The notes under the pieces: model-generated
The model's input: the letters and a program-made list of their open reading frames with translations, nothing else
Databases searched by the model: none
Told to the model about the DNA's origin: nothing
DNA from: Azolla caroliniana
Lineage: Eukaryota > Plantae > Polypodiophyta
Assembly (NCBI GenBank): GCA_043228905.1
Contig: JBHGNT010000013.1
Coordinates: 2,480,001 to 2,544,000, forward strand
Direction: 5' to 3'
DNA: 64,000 bases
Shown here: piece by piece, positions 10,690-23,273 of the stretch
Layout: every line of letters begins with the position of its first letter
Position numbering within the stretch: the first letter of the stretch is position 1
Position numbers and translations under genes: made by a program

Positions 10690-12961
10690 CCGGTACTTCT
10701 ACACCTAGATCTGACCAAACCATTTACGATCCAAACTGATGCCTCTGACTTCGCCATCGGTGCCATTCTCTCTCAATCAGATAACAATGGGATCCTTCAT
10801 CCTATTGCCTTTTATTCTCGGAAGTTCACCCCCCCCAAGATCAACTACCTAGTTCACGACAAAGAACTCTCTGCCATTATTGCCACCTTTGAAGAATGTT
10901 ATCCTTACTTGGTGGGCGCCCAACACCGTGTCCAGGTGGTGACCGATCACAAGAACCTCGTCTACTTCACCACTACTCGCATTTTGAACCGGAGGCAAGC
11001 GTGATGGTCGACATTCGTAGTTGATTACGACTTTGAAATTGTTTTTTGTCTTGGTGCCCAACATGGTAAAGACGATGCCCTATCTCGGCGTTTGGAATTT
11101 GAAATCCGGCCAGGAGATGTGATCTACAATCAACAATCATGTTGTCTCCTACAACCATATCAGATTCAACTCTTTGCAACTTATATGGGCACGGATGAAT
11201 CATTACTCAATGCAATAGCCACATATACTGCCAACAACAAATTTTTAAAAGAGATTAAGGAGAATCGACTCAACAACTCAACCATAAGGGGGGTACAGAA
11301 TATTCATGACCAATTTTTTGTTCCGGGATGGTTTTCTTTTCCAAAATAACCTAATGTATGTCCCATATGGTCCTTGTCATATATATATCGTGGAGGAATG
11401 TCATGATGATGTCCTAGTTGGACATTTTGGTGTTGCAAAAACTTTGGAGTTAATCTCTAGAAATTATTGGTGGCCACAACCTTGGAAACTTGCTAAAAAA
11501 ATCATGAAAACATGTTATACATGTGCCCATGCCAAAGTAGTACATCATCATCCCTACGGTCTACTTCAACCTCTGCCAATTCCAAATAGGCCATGGGCCT
11601 CCATCTCGACGGATTTTACCACTGACCATCCCGACATTGAGGGATTCAATTCAATATTGGTGGTGGTTGATAGGTTCACAAAGATGGCACATTTTATTCC
11701 ATGTACTAAAGCAATTTCTGGGATGGAAACAACATATCTATTGTTAATGAATTTTGTGCACCTTCACGGTTTACCGGATGACATTATCTCTTATCGCAGC
11801 CCCCAATTTATGTCTCATTTCTGGAAACGCCTCTTCCAGACTCTTGGAACTTCAACAAAAATTTTGACAGCCTTCCATCCTGAGACAGACGGCCAAACAA
11901 AACAAGTAAATAAGATGATTAGATCAAATTTCTTCCAATGGCTGAGTTCGCCTACAACAATACTCTCCATACATCAACTAGTGTAACACCCTTCTTCACA
12001 AATTATGGGTTCCACCCAGTCTTTAGCATAGCTATCCCTACTAGTTTTGTGAATCCATCCACTGAAGAATGAGCTCGTTTGATGAAAGAAGTGCATCATG
12101 ACCTATCCCTAGAAACCTCCATTTCTTTGGAATGACACAATGTGAAGGTTGATCAATATCGGCAGGCTACAACTAGTTTTAAAGTCGGTGACATGGACTG
12201 GCTATTATGTCGGCATATTCCGACAACTCACCCATGCAATAAACTTGATTACAAAAATTTGGGTCCGTTCCGCATCATTGACAAAGTCAACCCTATGGCT
12301 TTCCGTCTTACTCTTCCATCACACTACCGAATTCACAATGTCTACCATGCATCACTTCTTCAGCTCCCCTTGTGGCTTTGGCGACCGGGGGTGAGTATGA
12401 AGTCGAGACCATTCTAGACTCACGCAAGAGCCGACGGAAGCTCCAGTATCTGGTCATGTGGAAAGGATATCCCATCTCTGAGGCCACATGGGAGCCCGCT
12501 AGAAATTTACTCAATGCCCCGGAAGTGGTTCATGATTTTCATCTCCGATATCCTCACAAACCTGCACCTTCTTGAAGTCAGCGCTTAAGGGGAGGATAAT
12601 GTCATAAACATCGACTTGAATTTGAGCCTTAGGTCCTTGTATATATATATTTCTCCTAGAAAAACATTAGACTTTAAACATTTGTATAAAGAGTGGTATG
12701 TAAGACTCGGTATGTAAGATGTGGCATGTAGGAATTAGTATGCTTGATATTATAGTATGTAAGACTTTTGCATGAGCATTCTTATCATGCATCACTACAT
12801 GTATAAAAAGGGTTGATCTCCCTTGTTAACATCAAGGAGATCAACACCAATCATGGAATACATATTCTCACTCATTATCATCAACTCCCCCATTTCTCTA
12901 TCTCCTCAACTTCCCCATCTCCCTATCTTCCAACTATTCATCCGTGACACATATCTTCACA

Positions 12962-13861
12962 AGAAGTCATGAAAGCAAGAGCGAGAAGGAGAGAGATGGG
13001 GTCCAGAAAGCCGAATAGGATGTTGAATTCAATTTCGGGACGGTTGATGAAACCAAGGATAAATGTAGGTAGACTGGCCGAAAGGACAAGTCGAAGCCAA
13101 AGTCAACCCAACTTGGGGGGGCTAGAGCCGAGAAAGGCAAGGCATGTGGCAGAGTCAAGAAGGGCAAAGCCAACCTAAACAAGAAGGTCAAGGTCCTACA
13201 AGAAGACAAATTGGAGACAATCGATTCTGTCAAGGAGAGTGATTTAGAAGAACCGAATCTCATGAAGGACAGACTGACGAGAAGGCAGCCAAAGATGATG
13301 CCAAGGCGGGAGAGCCAACGGGTCGAGCAACGGAGCTAAGAGGCGTGAAGCCAGGAGATGCTGGAGTGGTGGACCAACTGTAACTCACGGAGAACCTCAA
13401 GTTGAACTTGAGGGGGTGTGTTGAGCGAGCAAGCTCAACTTGGGCCTAATCGGTTGAAGAAGTTGAGAACCGAATCGGATGGAAACTGATCAATTAGACC
13501 CGGATCAAACGAAGACCGATCGGCTAGGTTGGACTGGTGGGGAGTCAGCAGGCCATTAGAATCGATATTCCTCATAGGAATATTTGAGGGAATTAGTGTC
13601 GTAGGCTCTTTATGAGCATTCAAGTAGTGCCAGTACTTGTGTCAGCTCACTGTGAGGGCTTGGATAAGAGTGCTCTCTAAGCACATTTGTGTATACAGAG
13701 CATATTAATTTTTAATCTGAGTTTTGTCTTCTACTCTCTCTGTCTCTCCCGCTCTTGCTTACTGCATTTCTGTTTCTTTGTGTTTTGCCTAACTGTGACT
13801 AAGCTGACTATGTTTGCGCATAAGCTTCTGCACGTTTAATATACATCGGATAAGCCCGACA
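12962..13861 (+). mobile_element. 3' end of an older Copia-type element with 3' LTR 13419-13861
   Basis: PPT ttgagggggtg followed by TGTTG at 13419; ends cccgaCA at 13861, immediately before Copia RT sequence. Confidence 0.65.
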
Positions 13862-14240
13862 CATCTTGGGCAAGAGGATCGAGCAAAATCAAATGACAAA
13901 GACTCTCCGGCTCTCCCAGTTCGGTTATATCTGGAAGGTGCTAAAACAGTTTACCATGCTCAACGCAAAGCCGACACCGACCCCTCTTTCGACGTTAACA
14001 CGACTGACAAACAAGGACTCTCCGTCGACCGACAAGGAGAAAGAGCTCAATGGAAAGATACCCTACGCATAAGCCGTAGGAAGTATCATGTACGCTATGG
14101 TGGCGACCCAACCTGACCTTGCATATGTCGTAGGGGTCGTCAGCTAATACATGTCGAACCCAAGGCGGAAGCATTCGGAGGCTGTCAAGCATATCTTCAG
14201 GTATCTGCAACAAACCGAAGATGTACAATGAACTTTTGGA
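13862..14240 (+). pseudogene. Copia reverse transcriptase remnant
   Basis: HILGKRI...LSQFGYIWKVLKQF...IPYA*AVGSIMYAMVATQPDLAYVVGVVS. Confidence 0.85.
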
Positions 14241-14537
14241 TCAGTCACGAACACACCAACCACAGATTGGGACAAAGCACGGATGATGGGGCTATGGGCG
14301 ACGAGCTGTGAACTTAGAGCTAGAAGTGATGAGGCTAGAAACTTGGGAATGACAAAAGATAATGAAGACAGAGATAAAGATGAACAAGACAATACTAGAT
14401 TGATGTGTCAATGACTGGTGTTGAATCCCTTGAAAGGGACCACAGAGGTTACAAGTATTTATACAATTTCTGAGATTGAGTATCTCTAGAATATACCTGA
14501 CAAATATCTCTAGAATGTGTACCTGTCTAGAATACAT
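14241..14537. mobile_element. Probable fragment of another LTR interrupting the Copia RT remnant
   Basis: The RT frame breaks at an LTR-end-like (t/a)gtcacgaacacacc. The sequence is non-coding and no partner LTR lies in the window. Confidence 0.35.
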
Positions 14538-16080
14538 TGTTGCGCTCGTGACCGGCCACAACCAGTTACTATTTGTATATTCGTGCGCAAGAAATAACGC
14601 TCAGACAAAAAACCGAAGAACAGAATAGCTAGAAACAGAGAACACACAGATTTTACCGTGGAAACTTGAGCTGGGAAAAAACCACGTGGAGTGCACGTGC
14701 TCCAAACAGAGATCACTATAATGATGAGGGGGTACAACAAGCACTCAGAGGAAACGACCTCGAGTTCTTCTTTGTCAGCTGACGGCTCTGGAGTTGTAGT
14801 TACTCACACTCTCCCTCTCTCACACTCTCTCTCGGTTACGGAGATCACTACCCCGTACTAACTATCTCACGATAATGATACATATAATGATTGCCCTAGA
14901 TGCTTATCTACTAGTAAGACTTTCGGACTATTTACAAGTATAGCCTACAGAGGCTTATTTCGACTATTTACAGATATAGTCTCCCGAGTTCCTCATCAAC
15001 TCGGCTCTTCTCTCTTCCCATCCGGAGGGGCCTATTTCCCAACAAACTCCCCCTTCACTCCGGCATGGGGTACTTCACCAGTCCGAGCCTCTGTCGGCAC
15101 GCGTTTAGCTTTTCGACTGACAACACTTTCGTCAGCATGTCCGATCCATTCTCGGTCGTGTGAACCTTCGTCAGGGCAAACTCCTTCTCTTCTACTTGCT
15201 CTCGGATCCAATGGTATCTTCTCTGGATGTGTTTGGTCCTCGAGTGGTAGGCGGTATTTTTCGCAAGGTGGATGGCACTCTGATTATCATAGTAGAGTCG
15301 GAATTCTTCCTGCTGAATTCCCACTTCACTAATAAACTCCTTCATCCATATGATTTCCTTGCCAGCTTCGGCTGCGGCCATATACTCGGCTTCCATGGTT
15401 GACAGAGCCATGGCCTTCTGCAATCTCGATTGCAACAAGACAGCTCCCCCGACATGAGTCATTACGTATCCGGATGTGGATCGATTGGTATCTTCATCAA
15501 CTGACATGTCTGAATCTGTGTAACCTTCCAATGTGGGGTTACCTGAGCTGAAACAAAGACACATATTCAAGGTGCCTCTCAAGTACCGAAGTCTCCACTT
15601 CACAACAACCCAATGCTCTTTGTCGGGATTGCTCATATATCGGCTGACCAATCCGACTGTGTATCCTATTTTCAGCCTGGTACAAACCATTGCATACATC
15701 AGGCTTCCAAACGCTGAGGAATAAGGAACCTTTTCCATCTCGGCCTTTTCTGTTCTCGATTTCGGACATTGGTCTTTACTCAGCTTGCAGTTTCTCAGTA
15801 GTGTTGAGCCGACCAGTTTCGCGCTCTCCATGTTGAATCTCTAGAGCACCTTTGTCACATACTTTTCTTATGACAGCCACAATATTTTATTTCTTTCATC
15901 CCGAACAATGTGCATCCCCAGGATTTTCTTTGTCAGACCCATATCCTTCATCGAGAACAACCTACTCAAGGCCTTCTTCAGCACTCGGATCTTCATATGA
16001 TCTCTTCCAACAATCAACATGTCATCCACATATAGCAAGAGGATGAGAAAACCTCCTTCGTCAAACTTCTTCACAAACAC
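14538..16080 (-). mobile_element. Copia element 3' portion (3' LTR 14538-15044, RT/RH 15055-16080), relative of Copia-1, interrupted at 16081
   Basis: LTR TG...CA; PPT at 15045-15057; LLYVDDMLI and HIQRRYHWIRE, with a stop near 15868. Confidence 0.92.
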
Positions 16081-16707
16081 TGTTAGAGTTATGATCTAAC
16101 GTAAGCATATGATAAGGATAAAAGATATAAGAAATAAGAAAGGTGAGAGAGAAAGAAGGTTGCCGATCCACCTGACCATCCTCGAGCGAAAGGATCAAGA
16201 CGGACTCGAGCCTCAATCAGTGTCCCACACCATTGTCGTGGCGTCAAGTCGTACCTGGTGCTGGCACGCTCCCTCGAGGTGCAGTTGACCCACCACAATG
16301 TCAAAGTATCGACGGAGCCAAAAAATCATTAAATGAGGGTAGCTAGGCCTCATATTTATAGCGAGGCAAGTTCACACTTGGCCTAATGGGTTGTCTCAAT
16401 CCCAAGGATTAAAAGTAATCCTCCCCTTCTTTACACTCTCATTTAACCCTCACTCTTATCCATGCATATAGAATACTACGGTAAATTCTTACCACAGGAT
16501 ATTATATGGTCATGCCCGTAACATACCCCCCTCTTAAAAATATTGCACTCTTGCAATGGAAAGTCAGGGAAGTTAGTTCTAAGAGTATTTTCACGTTCCC
16601 ATGTTGCATCTTTGATAGATTCATCCATCCATTTAATTTTAAATTCTCGGATTATTTTTTTACGGAGATTTTTTGTTTTAACATTGAGAATTCTTTCTGG
16701 TACACGT
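16081..16707 (-). mobile_element. 3' end of a Gypsy chromovirus (X): 3' LTR 16081-16523, PPT, chromodomain
   Basis: TG...CA; PPT aagaggggggta (- strand) at 16524-16535; PERILNVKTKNLRKKIIREFKIKW...DATWERE is a chromodomain-like segment. Confidence 0.85.
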
Positions 16708-17432
16708 TGTCGTGAAGATTCCAGGCCATATGGGGGAAATGTCGCCAAATACGTGGGAACACGGGTGTGCACAAGTGCACCCCTATTTTTACTAATCTAT
16801 GTAAATACTAGGTGTCGGTAGGTTTTGTGGATTACTAGGAAGTTAGGCATTAATAGAGGATTTAAAATCGCGTAGGTGGGTGAGAACAAAAGTGAGATAG
16901 CGAAAGGACATCAAGAAGAGAATCTAGGGGGGGATATCGAGAGGTCATAAAACTTGATATAACGGCCGCTCCTTGTGCTATAAAAGGGGTGGCCTAAGAC
17001 TGTTTGAGGGATCGATGTTTTGAGGAGGAGAAGACGTTGCCAAAGAAGAAGAAGTAGCTCACTCTCTCGTTCTCTTTCGAGCCTCTACAACTGTCAGGAA
17101 CAGTACGAAGACAGAGAAGTAATTAGTACTAAAAGAAGTATTAGTACTAAGAGAGGTGAAGAACTCTCGAGAGAAGGAAAGAGTGAGTGAGAGGGACGGA
17201 GAGAGTGATGATAAGAAGAGATATATATTATATGAAGAAAATGTACAGTAACTAGGAGGCTTAAGACTGGCGTTGAACCGATTTGGTTCGAAATAATGCC
17301 TTGTGCCTCCTTTTATAGTGTTCTACAGAATACTCCTGAAGTTTCTAGAATGTTCCAAAGAAATCTGGAATATACATCGAATTTTCTATAATACAACATA
17401 AATGAAAATAATATTTTACGTATTACAATGTA

Positions 17433-17490
17433 TAGTCTAATGGGCAAGAGCTCGACCCATGTAGCAGAAGTCATGGGTTCGAGTCTTGCC
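17433..17490 (+). promoter_or_regulatory. tRNA-like Pol III A/B-box module and hairpin at the U3 end of the Tcn1-2 LTR (second copy ~38113-38171)
   Basis: A box TAGTCTAATGG at 17433-17443 and B box GGTTCGAGTC at 17476-17485, at tRNA-like spacing. Confidence 0.6.
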
Positions 17491-17501
17491 ATATCATGAC
17501 A

Positions 17502-18562
17502 CTATTCCCCCTTTAAAACGACGAGTGTAACGAGTCGTTTTGGATTGAGGACCCGGTTTGTCTGGATATTGACGATGGAAGTCTTCAAGAAGAGCACGAG
17601 CATTGGTGACATTCTCTATCGGTTCCCAAGTACGCTCGCTAGGACTATATCCTAGCCAATCGACTAGATAGTAGAGCTTGTTGCGAACAAGCTTGGAATC
17701 AACGATGGCGGTAACCTCGTACTCAAGTCCATCTTCAAGCTCGATCGGGGGTGGACGTTGTGTAATACGTCCTGGGATGGTGTTCTCTTGATAGGGTTCA
17801 AGGAGAGAACTATGAAACACCGGATGTATCCGAAGTTGTGGAGGTAGATCAAGACGAAAAGCGACATCATTAATCTTTCCTATAATATGGAAGGGACCTA
17901 ATCGCCGATAATCCAACTTCTCGCATGGGCAAGTAGTCTTGATGTGTCGTCGGAGTAGCCATACCCGATCTCCAATGTTAAAACTAGATGGGAGTCGATG
18001 ACGATCCGCATAAACCTTGTGTGTTTCTTGAGCTTGTTGGAGATGAGTAGATAAATCCGCTTGTATCTTGCGTAACCTCTCCAAACGATCCTCTGTGCAA
18101 GGATTTGTGGACACCTCTAGGGTTTAATAATGGTTCTAATAAACCATATGGATGATGCCTTGGCATTTTCGCTCTGTAGCATGTATCACAAGTCCGAACA
18201 AAATCCTCAACAAATTGTCGCATACAGGGCCACCAGAATGATCGTTGTACTAAATGTAGCATTTTAGTACTACCAAAATGCCCAACTGTATATGTGTCAT
18301 GACAGTTTTGTACTACTTGAAGGCGGAAAGAACCATTAGGAACATACAAAAGTTCTTTAAAGAAGAGTAATCCATCATGGTATTAAAATTGCCGATAGTC
18401 CGTACCTGGTGGTTGCGACTGTGAACACGACGCTCGAGAGGGATCAATTTGTGCTAGTATAGCTTGGGCGAACGCATCTGTCTTCAAGTCTTTGCGTATG
18501 GTATCGATAACCCAGGAATCCATGGGCATGTCAAAGATCTGTGTTGCTTGTAGTCGTGCCGG
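17502..18562 (-). pseudogene. pol: Tcn1-2 pol 3' part: integrase zinc finger, GPY/F region, chromodomain; catalytic core deleted near 18120
   Basis: CHDTYTVGHFG...CDTC then HPYGLLEPL joins directly to the C-terminal region (LGPFHI...IHPVFHSSLL); no DDE core in between. Confidence 0.88.
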
Positions 18563-19104
18563 TGTCGCGAAAATACGACGAGGATACGCGAACTTGAGGC
18601 AGGACCCCGGGGCCTTCGACCAGAGGATAATCACATTCGTGCGTTTATATTTTTAACAAATAACAGAAAGAAGAAATTTAATAATTTTCATTAACAAAGG
18701 AAAAAGAAATTACAATATGTCCCAAGATTGGGATTTAGTAGTTTTAGATTTACTAAGAATAATAGAAAAGAAAAATTAGGGGTTTTGGTAGATATGGCTT
18801 CCGTAGGGAAGATTAGGGTTTTTGAGTGTTATGGCTTCCGTAGGGAATTTTAGGGTTTTTGAGAGATATGGCTTCCCTCAGATAAGGGAGTTGAGAAGAA
18901 AAAAATAATAATATGGAGAGTCTATCCTAGTGTAGGAAAAAAAATGGAATAAAAATAGAGTTCTCCCTTGATCATAACTTTTTCACTTTTTGTTGCATGG
19001 CCTCTACTTTTAGTTGCCTAGCTTTTTCTTTTGGTTGCATGTGACTGTCCACATGACCTTTAGCTTTTTGTTCTTTTAGTTGCCTAGCTTTTTCTTTTTC
19101 TTTT

Positions 19105-19592
19105 CGATTTTGCTTGCCGGCCGGTTCCGGTTCCGGTTTTGCTTGCCGGCCGGTTCCAGTTCCGGTTTTGATTGCCGGCCGGTACCGGTTTGCTTGCCGG
19201 TTCCGGTTCCAGTTTTGCTTACCGGCCAGTTTCCGGCTTTGCTTGCCGACCGGTTTCCGGTTTGCATACCCATTCCAGTTCTGGTTTGCTTGCCGGCCGG
19301 TTCCGGTTTTGCATACCAGCCGGTTTCCAGATTGCATACCGGCCCGTTTCCGGATTGCTTGCCGGCCGGTACCGGTTTGCTTGCCGGTTCTGGTTCCGGT
19401 TTTGCTTACCGGCCGGTTTCCAGCTTTGCTTGCCGACCGGTTTCCGGTTTGCATACCCCTTCCAATTCCGGTTTGCTTGCCGGCCGGTTCCGGTTTTGCA
19501 TACCAACCGGTTTCCGGATTGCATACCGGCCTATTTCCGGATTTGCTTACCGGGCCCGTTTCCAGATTTGCTTACCGGCCGGTTTCCGGTTT
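19105..19592. repeat. CCGG-rich minisatellite in the 3' LTR of element A
   Basis: About 490 bp of degenerate ccggttcc(g/a)gttttgcttgccgg units. Confidence 0.92.
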
Positions 19593-19972
19593 TAGGGAAT
19601 TTGGCCACCATCATCCATCAAGACAAAGTGGCCAAAGTGCTCTTAGCACAAATGAAAAATGAGGGAGCTCAAGGTGTTTATATAGCCAGGGCCTTAACTT
19701 TCCTATCTATGTGGGATAGTTCTAATTTCTCTATCTAATCAAACTTCATTTTCTCATAACTTGATATGTATTTCTCCATTTTGTATATAGTAAAATGCAT
19801 TTTGAAGCTCTTGAGTATATCCATCTTTCTATAGTAAGCTACTAATCTAATCTATAATAATTATTTCATTATTTTTTTACATAGTGTGTGAAGATTCACA
19901 CGACATTCGCCCCCACCAAACCTGCACATCCACCGGTATGTGCCAATTTTGGTGAGGATTCATTTTTGTTTA

Positions 19973-22900
19973 CTATACTTTTTCATCGATGCTTAAGACT
20001 GAATCGTCAAAAGGTTCGAATCCAATTTCTATTCTATCTCTTCTCTTGAAGATCTTGATTCTTTTACCGGCAATTGGCAAGGCAAGTGGTGTACCATCCA
20101 ATTCTACTAAATGATATGTTGCATTATCTTCCACTTTCTTCACCACATATGGCCCAAACCATCGTTGTGAGAATTTTCGAGCCGTACTATGTTGGTTATC
20201 TAGGCTACTGTCATAGACTAGCACCCAATCTCCTTCAACGATTTTCCTCGACCGAAGTCGATGTCGTTTATCGAAGTCTTTCTTGTTCTTTAGCCTTGCA
20301 TTCCTTAGCCGCGCTTTAGCCACCTCTACATCTTCCAAATTCCGCTCTAATTGTCGAATCCTCAATGCTAGAAGATCTTCTCTACTTATCTCATCTTGCC
20401 ATGGCAATGCAAACCATGAAATAATACTTTGTTCTACCGGCATTATTGGCTTTTCTCCGATATGAGCTCTGCCGGCATGTATCCCGTCACCGTGCTATGA
20501 GTAGTCCTGTCAGCCCATAATGCAAATGGCAATAGACGTGGCCATTCTCCTATTTTCCCATGGCAAGATTTCACTAGAGCCTTCACAATCGGTCCATGTC
20601 CACGTTCCACCTTCCCATTTGCTTCCGGATTATATGCCATGGTAAGAGATAATTTGATTCCCATCCTCGAGAAGAATTCTCTAGCTTCATTGGCGTCCAA
20701 CTCGCCTCTATCAGCCACTATCTTGCCGACGCATCCATATCTGCAAATAACATCTTCAAGAAGGAATCGGCATACCGAAGATGTCTCCTTAGTTCTTAAT
20801 GCTCGCCCTTCAACTTGATTGGTAAGATCCTCTCTCGCGAGCACAAGATACTTCATCTGCCATCGTCCCATTGGCATCATCACTATGTCCACCATCCACT
20901 TGTAATGCATAGCCAACGGGTAAGTCGGATGAAGTCCATCTCGATGGCGAATATTCGAAAACATTTGACATTCCTTACATGTTTCCACATAAGCTGCTAC
21001 ATCTTTGTAGATGCCCGGCCACCAATATTTCTCCTTAAGCTTCGCAAATGTAGCCCATATTCCTCGATGGCCTGCAAAAACACTATCATGAAATTCGGAC
21101 ATTAGTCTTTGTTGGTCTTCTAGCTTGCAGACAACTCTCATCGGAGTCCCATTCTTCTTTTTTGCATGCTTCCAAAGAGCTCCATCATTAAGGAAATACT
21201 TGTATGCTTTCTTCCGAATTCGATGGAAGTCTTCCGTCGACCATGATTCATCTTTTTGGAGAGAACTCAAGTATTTCCCGATCTCCACGAATTCGCCTTC
21301 GTAGTCCTCTTCTATGAAAGTAATCAACACCCGAGCATAGGAACTTGCAAAGAAATCCAGGCCAACATCATCTTCATCAGAATGTCGATCTTCTTCTCCG
21401 TCGTATCTCGCTCGTGATAGCATGTCTGCAACGACATTACGCTTCCCAGCTACATGACGGATCTCCGGATTGAGTGATTTGATATATGCAATCCAACGCA
21501 ACATGGCAATATCCGGTGTATTACAACCAGATATCATACCCAAAATTGGTAGGCAATCTGTCTCAATTATGACTTCTGCTCCAATAAGGTAATCACGATC
21601 AGATTTGATTGCCGAGACGATCCCCCATAGCTCCCTCTTCACTTGGGCATACCTTCTTTGCCTGTCACTTAACACTTTCGCGCCAAACCGAATTGCATAT
21701 CGGTTGCAATCTTCATCTTCTCCAATTCCGATTGGACTAGTATCCACAGTCACGAAAATGGGCTTGCCGTATGAATAGTCCGCTTTCCGTAATAAAACGC
21801 GCATGCTCCAAGGAACCTTCGAACCTCCGTTTGGGTTACACATTCTTCTTTCATGTCTTGAATTGCATTCACCTTGGATGGTGAAGGCTTCCGACCGTAT
21901 GCTCCACACAAGTGACCTACCACCAAGATCTCTGGTTGCCCGAATGCGGATTTTTCTGCCGAAAATGTCAAATTCGCATCTTCGAGCCTTTGGAGCACCC
22001 TCTCGCAATCTTTCATATGATCCATGACGAACTTTCTACATCCATCCTTATCTTTTGATTCATCCTTCTCTTCATCCGAACATCCTTTTATCGGAATATC
22101 ATCTAAGAATGGCATCGTGATATCCGGGATGCAATCCTTCAAGACCTTGTTCATGGCATTCACCATATGAGCCACCGAGTTCGTTGCGCCTTGAGGTAAG
22201 GTACACATCCGCACCAACCCGATTGGAGTTCTCATGGTTGTAATGTCACGACTGTCGACCGCCAACTGGAATTGATCGTAGCCAGAGTAAAGATTGCCGA
22301 TGGAGTAGATGGACCGGCCCGCAAACGCCTCAGCAAATTCATCCACACTCGGACCGATTCCAACATTCCGAATTGTCACCTTGTTGACGGGTTGAAGATC
22401 TTGAATGAATCGCAACGATCCATTCTTCTTTGGCACCGTGAACCACCTATTAGAATAAGGAGCATTCGACGGTTCTAGAATTCCCATCCTCACCTTCTCC
22501 TTTAAGAGCTCGATCAACTTCGGTAGGTGTGCTCTCGGAACCGGTATCGGTTTCAAATTCCAAGGCACATGCGGCACCGTGAAGATCACCATCGGTTCTA
22601 CCGTCCTTGGATTAGCACACCCGATTTCTTGTGGAAATAACGCGAAAGCCTTCCCATGTCTTTCAAGCATTCCACGAAACATTTGCTCCTCTTTAGGGAG
22701 GAGGAAATCCTCCCTTCCAACTCGTAGCTTTCCCTTCGTCTCTTCAGTGAAGACGTGAACAATTGTATTTCGGTTCCTTAAGCTTGGATCTTTTGCAACT
22801 TCCTTCATCTTTTGCCAGCTATCTTCCGGTAGCGGAACTGCAACTGGCTTGATCTTCCTATCCACGGTTTTATATTTTGTGTTGACTTCGACTTCCTCTA

Positions 22901-23273
22901 TCAAGATGCCTCGATGATATTCATCGATGATAGTATACATGTTGACGGAGTTAACCGAAATCACATGTCGATGGTGAGGATAGCTCAAATCCACGACTTC
23001 CTCGATTTCGCCGATGGTGTCGTTAAATGAGGCTTCCTCCAGAATATATGACACGAATTCTTCTTCTTCGATTATGCTTTCTTCTTTTAGCACCTCCTCG
23101 AAGTCTTGTATCTGACACTTTTCCTTCTTATTGAGTAGTCTAAGTTTGCATGCACCGCCAAGTGTGACGCATGTTGCTTCTCCTTGCAATCCACACACTT
23201 TGCTTCCTTGTGGGGACTTATGATTGCTCGGACTATTTGTGCCCCATGCTTCAATAGTCCGCTTTAAAAATCC
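19973..23273 (-). pseudogene. pol: pol of element A (RT, RH, INT; no chromodomain), with frameshifts and a deletion near 21790
   Basis: NLYSGYDQF, LPQGATNS, MPFLDDIPIKG, VDTSPIGIG, GHRGIWAT...CKEC, NPEANGKVER, WFGPY. Confidence 0.92.

Larger units (their letters stand above)
2160..12575 (+). pseudogene. pol: pol of Tcn1-1 (PR, RT, RNase H, integrase, chromodomain), interrupted at 3993-9402 and 9425-10689
   Basis: [13 protein letters not shown] and [11 protein letters not shown]; RH TDASDFAIGAIL; INT GHFGVAKT and VVDRFTKMAHF; chromodomain EYEVETILDSR...YLVMWKGY...ATWEP at 12372-12575. Confidence 0.9.
793..12949 (+). mobile_element. Ty3/Gypsy chromovirus, Tcn1/Tf1-sushi-like (Tcn1-1), degenerate, hosts two nested insertions
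   Basis: LTRs 793-1121 and 12600-12949 (TG...CA); TSD CATAT at 788-792 and 12950-12954; PPT aggggaggataa before 12600; order gag-PR-RT-RH-INT-chromodomain. Confidence 0.95.
707..12961 (+). mobile_element. Distal (U5) end of a Copia LTR split by the 793-12949 insertion (707-792 plus 12950-12961)
   Basis: 707-792 resembles the U5 of the 3993-4642 Copia LTR (cttgtgt...ggctgtggc). Rejoining across the CATAT TSD gives ...gcatatcttcaCA at 12961. Confidence 0.55.

Noticed and set aside
17426-17501. Functional tRNA gene
   Set aside because: A and B boxes are present, but the acceptor and T stems do not pair; kept only as a tRNA-like module.
18770-18870. Telomeric repeats (ttagggttt) in family A LTRs
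   Set aside because: Isolated telo-box-like motifs within ~36-bp LTR sub-repeats, not a TTTAGGG array.
18972-19738. Repetitive ORFs (e.g. MQTGNRSASK..., FACRPVPV...), also at 9961-10543 and 33419-34331
   Set aside because: Stop-free translation of the CCGG minisatellite in nearly all frames, with lengths that vary between LTR copies.
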